In this document: piece by piece, positions 36,787-43,407 of the stretch | Layout of the letters: every line of letters starts with the position of its first letter | Numbering within the stretch: the stretch's first letter is position 1 | DNA from: Chloroflexota bacterium | GTDB taxonomy: Bacteria > Chloroflexota > UBA11872 | Reading direction: 5' to 3' | Assembly: GCA_026706485.1 (NCBI GenBank) | Contig: JAPOYR010000008.1 | Location: 42,558-106,557 of the forward strand | Length of the DNA: 64,000 bases | Notes under the pieces: model-generated | Told to the model about the DNA's origin: nothing | Databases searched by the model: none | What the model saw: the letters and a program-made list of their open reading frames with translations, nothing else | Program-made: the position numbers and the translations under genes

Positions 36787-38265
36787 ATGGAAGCAACGAC
36801 CACGCCCCCCGCCGCCGCCAACGGCCCGGTGCCGCATCCCGCGGCGTCCGACGGCGAGGAACTCGAGCGGCTCCTGGCGGCGCTTCCGCCCTCAATTCGG
36901 GATGCCCTCCAGGCGCTGCCCGACTGGGACACCCTGGTCGAGATCGTGCTCGATGTCGGCCGCTTTCCGGAGGCCCGGCTGGACGCCCGGTCGGTGGCGC
37001 TGCTGGAGCGCGAGGTCACGGGCGACGACTTGGATCAAGTCGTCGCAACCGTGGGCGCCTTTACGGCCGACAATCGCGCCGGCATCGCCCGCACACTGCA
37101 TCGGTTCTCGGCGCTGCGCAATCGCTCGGGGCGCATCGTCGGTCTCACCATCCGGCGCGGACGCGCCCTGCACGGCACGACGCACGTGGTGGCGGACATC
37201 ATCACGTCGCGGCGCAACCTGCTGCTGCTCGGCCCGCCGGGCGTCGGAAAAACCACCATGCTGCGCGAGATCGCGCGCGTGCTCGCCAACGACGCGGACC
37301 GCCGGGTCGTCGTGGTTGACACCTCGAACGAGATCGCGGGCGACGGCGACATTCCCCACGCCGGCATTGGGCGGGCGCGCCGCATGCAGGTGGCGCAACC
37401 CGACCTGCAGCACCGCGTCATGATCGAGGCGGTCGAGAATCACATGCCGGAAGTCGTTGTCGTCGATGAAATCGGCACCGAGGCCGAGGCCCGCGCCGCC
37501 CGCACCATCGCCGAGCGGGGCGTGCAGCTCGTGGCCACCGCCCACGGCCAAACGCTCGAAAACGTGCTACTCAACCCGTTGCTGGCCGACCTGGTCGGCG
37601 GTGTCGAGGCGGTGACGCTGGGCGACGAGGAGGCGCGCCGCCGCGGCACGCAGAAGACCGTGCTGGAGCGCCGCGCGCCGCCCAGCTTTCACACGCTCAT
37701 CGAGCTGCACAGCCGCGACTCGTTCGTGATCTACACCGACGTGGCCGAGACGGTCGACGCCGTGCTGCGCGGCCTGCCGGCCCCCGGCGAGCGCCGCGTG
37801 CGCCTGGCCGACGGGCGCACCGAGCGCGAGACGTTCAGCGAGCCGCCGCAAGACTCCGAGCGTCCCGCCGCAGCCGTACGCGGACCGGGAGCCTCGCCGC
37901 GCAGCCGCGCATCCTCGGGAACCTTGCAGATTCTCCCGTTCGGCGTCGGGCGCAATCGGCTGGAACAAGCCATCATCAATACCGGCATCGACGCGCGCCT
38001 CGCGCGCGACCTTGGCGGCGCCGACATCGTGATGACGCTGCGCAGCTTCTACCGGCGCCGCCCCCGCCTGCTGCGCGACGCCGAGGCCCGCGGCACGCCG
38101 GTCTACGTGCTGCGCAGCAACACCGTCTTGCAGATGGAGTCGTGCCTGATGGAGATGGTCGAGGACGGCGCAACGGTCGACGGCGACGCGCCGTCGCGAA
38201 TCGGCTCAGGCGCCGCGGGACCGTCGCAGCGGCTGCGCCTGGCGCTGACAAAGCCCCGCTCGTGA
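36787..38265 (+). CDS. Ycf45 / SpoIIIAA-like AAA ATPase with C-terminal R3H-like domain
   Basis: Walker A LLLLGPPGVGKTTMLREIAR and Walker B VVVVDEIG. The pattern DTSNEIAGDGDIPH...ATAHG is typical of ycf45-family proteins. Confidence 0.8.
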   Translation: MEATTTPPAAANGPVPHPAASDGEELERLLAALPPSIRDALQALPDWDTLVEIVLDVGRFPEARLDARSVALLEREVTGDDLDQVVATVGAFTADNRAGIARTLHRFSALRNRSGRIVGLTIRRGRALHGTTHVVADIITSRRNLLLLGPPGVGKTTMLREIARVLANDADRRVVVVDTSNEIAGDGDIPHAGIGRARRMQVAQPDLQHRVMIEAVENHMPEVVVVDEIGTEAEARAARTIAERGVQLVATAHGQTLENVLLNPLLADLVGGVEAVTLGDEEARRRGTQKTVLERRAPPSFHTLIELHSRDSFVIYTDVAETVDAVLRGLPAPGERRVRLADGRTERETFSEPPQDSERPAAAVRGPGASPRSRASSGTLQILPFGVGRNRLEQAIINTGIDARLARDLGGADIVMTLRSFYRRRPRLLRDAEARGTPVYVLRSNTVLQMESCLMEMVEDGATVDGDAPSRIGSGAAGPSQRLRLALTKPRS

Positions 38266-39218
38266 CCGTCGACGGCCGGCGGCGCGGGCTGTTCATCGCC
38301 TTCGAAGGGCCCGAAGGCAGCGGCAAATCCACCCAGGCGCAGCTGCTGGCTCAGCGACTGCGATGGGCTGGACTTGACGTGCTGCTGACCCGCGAGCCCG
38401 GAGGAACCGATTTCGGTGAACGGTTGCGGGAGCTGATGTTGGATGAACGGTCGTTGCCGGACATGCAACCGCGGGTGCAAGCACTTCTTATGCTCGCGGC
38501 GCGTGCCCAGCACGTCGCCGAGCGCATCCGTCCGTGGCTGCGAAGTCGGGGCGTAGTGATTTGCGACCGTTTCTCGGGGTCGACAATCGCCTATCAGGGA
38601 GCTGGTTTCGGCCTCGACACCAGAACTCTGGATGCGATGAACAGGTTTGCAGCGTTTGGCGTGCGTCCAGACTTGACGGTGCTATTGGACCTGGATGTGC
38701 GGCTCGGTCTTGCGCGCAGCTATCGACAGCGCGGCGACGATTGGGAGAAGGCCGGCGGTATGAACGCGGAGAAACTAGATTTTCACACCCGCGTGCGGAA
38801 CAGCTATCTGGATCAAGCAATATGGCAGGACTGGAAGGTGCTCGACGCTTCGAGGCCGCGGGATGAGTTGCATGTAGCTGTTTGGCACATCGCAGCTCAG
38901 CAGATCGCCACGCGCAAACTGCGTGTAGCGGATGCGGTACAGCCCCCGCTTCCATTGGGAGGGCAGAGTGAGGCGTTGGCGCTCGATGCGTGGAGGAAAG
39001 CACTGGTTAACGCCGGCATGCTGCAACCATTGACCGCAGTGCAGCCTCCGCTGCCATTGGGGGCATGGGGCGAGGAGTTGGCGCTCGAAGCATGGAAAGA
39101 CGCACTAGCTAGCGCAGGCATGCTGCCGCCCGCAATTCCACAACAGCGCACCCTGCCACTGGATGTGTCTCTGGAGTGGTCCCCCGAGCCGCCGACTGAT
39201 CAAGCCGGTCCCGCGTGA
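38262..39218 (+). CDS. tmk: Thymidylate kinase with ~110-aa C-terminal extension
   Basis: FIAFEGPEGSGKSTQ (P-loop) and TREPGGT. GTG 38262 overlaps the previous stop as GTGA. The extension contains a 34-aa tandem duplication (38937-39125). Confidence 0.8.
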   Translation: MTVDGRRRGLFIAFEGPEGSGKSTQAQLLAQRLRWAGLDVLLTREPGGTDFGERLRELMLDERSLPDMQPRVQALLMLAARAQHVAERIRPWLRSRGVVICDRFSGSTIAYQGAGFGLDTRTLDAMNRFAAFGVRPDLTVLLDLDVRLGLARSYRQRGDDWEKAGGMNAEKLDFHTRVRNSYLDQAIWQDWKVLDASRPRDELHVAVWHIAAQQIATRKLRVADAVQPPLPLGGQSEALALDAWRKALVNAGMLQPLTAVQPPLPLGAWGEELALEAWKDALASAGMLPPAIPQQRTLPLDVSLEWSPEPPTDQAGPA

Positions 39219-39544
39219 AGCTTTTCATCATCATCGTGCAACAGCAGGACGCCGACGGGCTGGCGGAGCTGATGCGCGACGCCGACCTCCGCTTTACCCG
39301 CATCGATTCGGCGGGCGGCTTTCTGCAACAGGGCAATGTGACGTTCCTGACCGGCGTCGACGACGAGCGCATCGGCGAGCTGATGGCCCTGATCAAGCGC
39401 GGGGCCACCACCCGTGTGCAGATGGTGAGCCCCATCCCCGCCATGGTCGAACCCGGCGAGCTAGCGGTGCCCTATCCGGCGGAGGTCCAAGTCGGAGGCG
39501 CGACGATCTTTGGCTTCGACGTGGAGCGGTTCGAGCCGCTCTAG
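39215..39544 (+). CDS. darA: Cyclic-di-AMP receptor, PII-like (DarA/YaaQ family)
   Basis: MKLFIIIVQQQDADGL...SAGGFLQQGNVTFLTGVDDERI...VGGATIFGFDVERF aligns along its full length with my recollection of B. subtilis YaaQ. The position after tmk is conserved as in Firmicutes. Confidence 0.85.
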   Translation: MKLFIIIVQQQDADGLAELMRDADLRFTRIDSAGGFLQQGNVTFLTGVDDERIGELMALIKRGATTRVQMVSPIPAMVEPGELAVPYPAEVQVGGATIFGFDVERFEPL

Positions 39545-39551
39545 CGGCAGC

Positions 39552-40757
39552 TCAGGCTCGGGCGCCGGCCAGCCAGTCGGACATGCGCCTGACGCCCTCC
39601 CGCAGGTTCTCCCGCGAGTTGGCGTAGGACAGCCGCAGCGAGTCGCGCCCCACGTCGCCGAACGCGCTGCCGGCCAGCACGGCCACACCTGCCTCGTCCA
39701 GGAGCCCGGCGGCGATCTCGTCCGCGTCGCGATCGAAGCCCGAGAGCTGCGGAAATACGTAAAAGGCACCTGCTGGCCGCTGGCACGACACGCCGGGGAT
39801 GGCGTTGAGGCCGTCGACGACCTGGTCGCGGCGCGCCTTGAACTCGGCGACCATTTCCGCGGCAGCGTCCTGCGGTCCCTGCAGAGCCTCGATGCCGGCG
39901 ATCTGAATGAAGCTGGCCGTGCAGCTGGTGATGTTCGTCTGCAACTGCGAGAAGGCGGAGGCGAGATCGGCCGGCATGACGCCGTAGCCCATGCGCCAGC
40001 CGGTCATGGCATAGGTCTTGGAAAAACCGTCGAGGATGATCGTGCGGTCGCGCATGCCGGGTTCGGCGGCGATGGACGCGTGCTCGATCTCCCCGTACAT
40101 GATGCGGCAGTAGATCTCGTCGGAGAGCACGTAGGCGTCGTGATCGACCAGCAGCTCGCCAATGGCCCGGATGTCGGTGGGCTCCAGCACGCCGCCGGTC
40201 GGGTTTTGGGGCGAGTTGAGAATCAGCAGCTTGGTGCGCGGCGAGAGCTTGTCACGCAGCTCATCGAGGTCGAGCCGGAACTCGCGCTCCGGGCGCAATG
40301 CCAGCGGTACCGGGGTCGCGCCGACGAAGTCGACGACCGACTCGTAGATGGGGAAGCCGGGGTCGGGATAGAGCACTTCATCGCCGGGCCCGCACAGCGC
40401 CGTGATGGCGAAATACATGATCGGCTTGGCGCCCGGGGTGACGACGACCTCGTCGGGATCGACGACGATGCCCCGGGTCTCGCCGACGTGGGAGGCGATG
40501 GCGGCGCGAGTTTCGGGCAGCCCGGCCGAGGGGCCGTAGTGGGTGAATCCGTCATCGAGCGCGCGCTTGGCGGCTTCGATAATGTTGGCGGGGGTGTCGA
40601 AATCCGGCTCACCGATTTCGAGGTGAATGACGTCGCGGCCCTGGGCTTCGAGCTGTCGGGCGCGAGCCAGCACGGCGAATGCCGTCTCGGTGCCCAGCCG
40701 CCCCATGGCGGGCGCCAGGCCGGGATGCGTGAGCAACGCCACACTTGCCTCCTGCAC
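39552..40757 (-). CDS. Pyridoxal-phosphate-dependent aminotransferase, class I (aspartate aminotransferase-like)
   Basis: LEIGEPDFDTP, NSPQNPTG and FSKTYAMTGWRMGY (PLP lysine). Confidence 0.9.
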   Translation of the reverse strand: MQEASVALLTHPGLAPAMGRLGTETAFAVLARARQLEAQGRDVIHLEIGEPDFDTPANIIEAAKRALDDGFTHYGPSAGLPETRAAIASHVGETRGIVVDPDEVVVTPGAKPIMYFAITALCGPGDEVLYPDPGFPIYESVVDFVGATPVPLALRPEREFRLDLDELRDKLSPRTKLLILNSPQNPTGGVLEPTDIRAIGELLVDHDAYVLSDEIYCRIMYGEIEHASIAAEPGMRDRTIILDGFSKTYAMTGWRMGYGVMPADLASAFSQLQTNITSCTASFIQIAGIEALQGPQDAAAEMVAEFKARRDQVVDGLNAIPGVSCQRPAGAFYVFPQLSGFDRDADEIAAGLLDEAGVAVLAGSAFGDVGRDSLRLSYANSRENLREGVRRMSDWLAGARA

Positions 40758-40810
40758 AGGTGAACCAGACGGGCGGCCGACGAAGCCGCGACAACGAGGG
40801 CGATTCTAGC

Positions 40811-41812
40811 GTGCCGCATTCCGAGGCCACGGACTCCGGGTCGAGCGCGCCGGCGGCGCGGCGCATGCGGTCGGAGGACGTGGACTCGGTAGCGCACGTG
40901 CTCACGCAGGCGTTCGCGCCGCCGCCCGGCACGAGCCCTCCGGGACCGCGCACGCTGGTTTCCAACCACCTGGCCGATCGCTGGCACGCCCAGTGCGCCG
41001 GGTCGTGGGTGGTGGACGCGCCCGGATTTGGCCCCGTGGGCGCGGTCTTCGCCGTGGTCGAACCGGATGTCGGGTGGATCGGGGGACTCGGGGTTCATCC
41101 GGCATATCGCGGCGTGGGCGTGGGACGCGCGCTGACGACGGCGGCGCTTGGGTTCCTGGACGATGCCGGCTGCGCCATGGTTGGACTGGAAGCGTCGCCG
41201 AACGATGGCGTGGCGCTGGGCGCCTATGCGCGGCGCGGCCTGCGTCTGGTGGACGTCACGCTGCGCCTGCGGGCGAGCGCCGCGGCGCTGGCGACATCGG
41301 GCGTGGCTGTCGAACTCGAGGTTCGGTCGGTGCCCAAGGCAACGGCGTTGGATGGACCCGCGCTGGTCGAGCCGGGCGGTTCGCGAACCGCCCCTACTTC
41401 CTCGGATGAGAGGTTGGAATCCGATCCCTCACGCGCTGCTGAGGACCGCGTGGAGCTTCACGCGGCGGTACCGCTGTCGGGGGCCGCTTTCGCGGTTGTG
41501 GGGCCGGGTACATGCCTTGTGTGTGATCCCGAGGCCGTCCCCGCTGGCGAAGTCCTGGAGGCGCGGCTCGGGTCCTTGGGCCGCGACGGTCACTCGGTCG
41601 CGGCCGCGTGCCGTGGCCTCGGGCGCCTGGCCGTGACCAGGCAGTTGCGTTATGTCGAGTTGGATCTTGCGGTGGGGTCGGGAGCGGGGCTGGCCGAGGT
41701 GTCGCGCCTCGGATTTCAAACAGTCGCCAGCACGGTCCGGCTGGCCCGGCCGGCGGCGGCCTACCGCCGGGAATCGGACGATGGGCTGGAGATCGGGCGC
41801 TGGTCGCTTTAG
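40811..41812 (+). CDS. GNAT-family acetyltransferase with second domain; contains an embedded family-F repeat
   Basis: GLGVHPAYRGVGVGRALT is the GNAT motif A. The start is uncertain (GTG 40811 or ATG 40865). The family-F palindrome at 41374-41397 lies in-frame within the ORF. Confidence 0.6.
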   Translation: MPHSEATDSGSSAPAARRMRSEDVDSVAHVLTQAFAPPPGTSPPGPRTLVSNHLADRWHAQCAGSWVVDAPGFGPVGAVFAVVEPDVGWIGGLGVHPAYRGVGVGRALTTAALGFLDDAGCAMVGLEASPNDGVALGAYARRGLRLVDVTLRLRASAAALATSGVAVELEVRSVPKATALDGPALVEPGGSRTAPTSSDERLESDPSRAAEDRVELHAAVPLSGAAFAVVGPGTCLVCDPEAVPAGEVLEARLGSLGRDGHSVAAACRGLGRLAVTRQLRYVELDLAVGSGAGLAEVSRLGFQTVASTVRLARPAAAYRRESDDGLEIGRWSL

Positions 41813-41851
41813 AGCAATGTCACATTCAAACTGGCACACAATGAAGAACCA

Positions 41852-41924
41852 GCCCGTTCGTGGTGAGCCTGTCGAACCACGACCGGCGACCAACGCCCTT
41901 CGACAAGCTCAGGGCGAACGGGCG
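41852..41924. repeat. Family E hairpin between convergent genes (possible terminator)
   Basis: GCCCGTTCG (41852-41860) pairs with CGAACGGGC (41916-41924). The enclosed sequence is TGGTGAGCCTGTCGAACCAC...CCCTTCGACAAGCTCAGGG. Confidence 0.7.
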
Positions 41925-41929
41925 TGTAG

Positions 41930-42697
41930 CTAATCCAGCGCCTTGGTCGCCACCGCGATGAGGCGGTCGCCTTCGCCGTCGTAGGGATCGAGCGCCCAGG
42001 TGCCGTAGGTTTCGATCCGCTCGAATCCGGCGCAGCGCAGGGCCAACTCCAGCTCGAATCGATGTACGTAGCGCAGGGGCATGCGGCTCACGCGTCGCTG
42101 CACGCGGCCGTCGCCATCGAGCGTGTCGTAGATGTGCAGGGCGTCGATGCGTTGCGCGCCGGGGTCGACCTCCCACGACACGAAGTGCGTGACCGTCATT
42201 CCCTCGGCATCCGTGAAGCTGCCTTGGGTCCGCAGCACGCCGTCCCACGCCGCCAGCCGATCGAGCGTGGGATTGAAGACGTCGACGGCCAGGATGCCGC
42301 CCGGCTCGAGCACGTCGTTCACACTTTCCAGCGTGTCGAGCTGATCCTGGGTCGATTCCAAGTGCAGGAATGAGTCCAGCGCGCAGAACACCGCGCCAAA
42401 GCGGACGCGCGACGACAAGCGCCGCATGTCGCCCGGCTCGAGCTCGATCTCCAGGCCACGCTCCTCCGCTCGTCGGCGGGCGATGGCGAGGAGCGCCGGC
42501 GACGCGTCGATGCCGTGCACCGCGAATCCAGCCGCCGCCAAAGCCGTGCCCACGCGCGCCGTGCCGCACGCCAGGTCCAGAATCGGTCCGCCGGCGCGCT
42601 CCGCCAGGTGGGCGTACATCGGGAGATCGTCGTCCCAGTCGTCATGCTCGGCCGCATAGAGCTCGGCAATGGCCGCGTAGGGATCGGGTGTGCTCAC
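41930..42697 (-). CDS. Class I SAM-dependent methyltransferase
   Basis: ILDLACGTARVG (motif I), VHGIDASP, DMRRL. The in-frame GTG 42697 overlaps the upstream stop as GTGA. Confidence 0.8.
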   Translation of the reverse strand: MSTPDPYAAIAELYAAEHDDWDDDLPMYAHLAERAGGPILDLACGTARVGTALAAAGFAVHGIDASPALLAIARRRAEERGLEIELEPGDMRRLSSRVRFGAVFCALDSFLHLESTQDQLDTLESVNDVLEPGGILAVDVFNPTLDRLAAWDGVLRTQGSFTDAEGMTVTHFVSWEVDPGAQRIDALHIYDTLDGDGRVQRRVSRMPLRYVHRFELELALRCAGFERIETYGTWALDPYDGEGDRLIAVATKALD

Positions 42698-43407
42698 CGG
42701 CCAAAGGGCATGCGCCGGATGAGCAACTCGGCGCTGATGACGACCAGGACAATCAGAATCACCGCCGCCGGGGTTGCGACGCTGTTCACCGCCGCGGTCG
42801 CCACCGCCAGGGCGCCCACGGCGACCAGGACGGCCTGCCGGGTGACGGTCAACGCCGGCGGTCGCGGCGCTGAGGCGTCGTCTCCGGTTCGCAGCCAGGC
42901 GCCGATGGCCCAGGCAAAGAAAAAGGCTCCGAAGCCGGACAGGGCCACGAAGGCCAAGACGTTTTCGGTCCGGTCCGGCGAGGTGAAGACCAGCACGTAG
43001 CCCAGCAATGCGAGCGTGACCAGTCCACCCAGCCACATGAGGCCGGAAGTGACCCGGGTGAAATCGCGCGCTGCGCGTGGGCCAGTGCTGCGCGCCCGGT
43101 AGCCGCGTGGGGCCGGCGTTGCGAGGTCAAGTGTGGACTGCGGCGCGCCATCGTCCTTTGCGGCGGGTGGCTTGGCGGGGGACTCTTCAGCGGACTTGGC
43201 AGCCGACGCCCCAGCGCCGGGCTTCGGCTCGGGCTTGGGCTTGGGCTTGGCAGCCTTCGAGGCCGGCCGGTCCTTGTCATCCTCGGCAGCCGGCGGCGCC
43301 TCCCGCCGGATGACGAGCGAACCCTCAGCCAACGGCCTTGAGCCAGCGGGCGTCGGCCGCTTCGTCCGGCGACGGCGCCGACGCGCCGTCAACGATGTCC
43401 GCCACAC
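42694..43407 (-). CDS. Membrane protein with Lys/Pro/Ala-rich disordered N-terminus, unknown function
   Basis: About four C-terminal hydrophobic helices. The listed start would overlap the SbcC-like gene by 83 nt, so the true start is uncertain. Confidence 0.5.
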   Translation of the reverse strand: MWRTSLTARRRRRRTKRPTPAGSRPLAEGSLVIRREAPPAAEDDKDRPASKAAKPKPKPEPKPGAGASAAKSAEESPAKPPAAKDDGAPQSTLDLATPAPRGYRARSTGPRAARDFTRVTSGLMWLGGLVTLALLGYVLVFTSPDRTENVLAFVALSGFGAFFFAWAIGAWLRTGDDASAPRPPALTVTRQAVLVAVGALAVATAAVNSVATPAAVILIVLVVISAELLIRRMPFGR

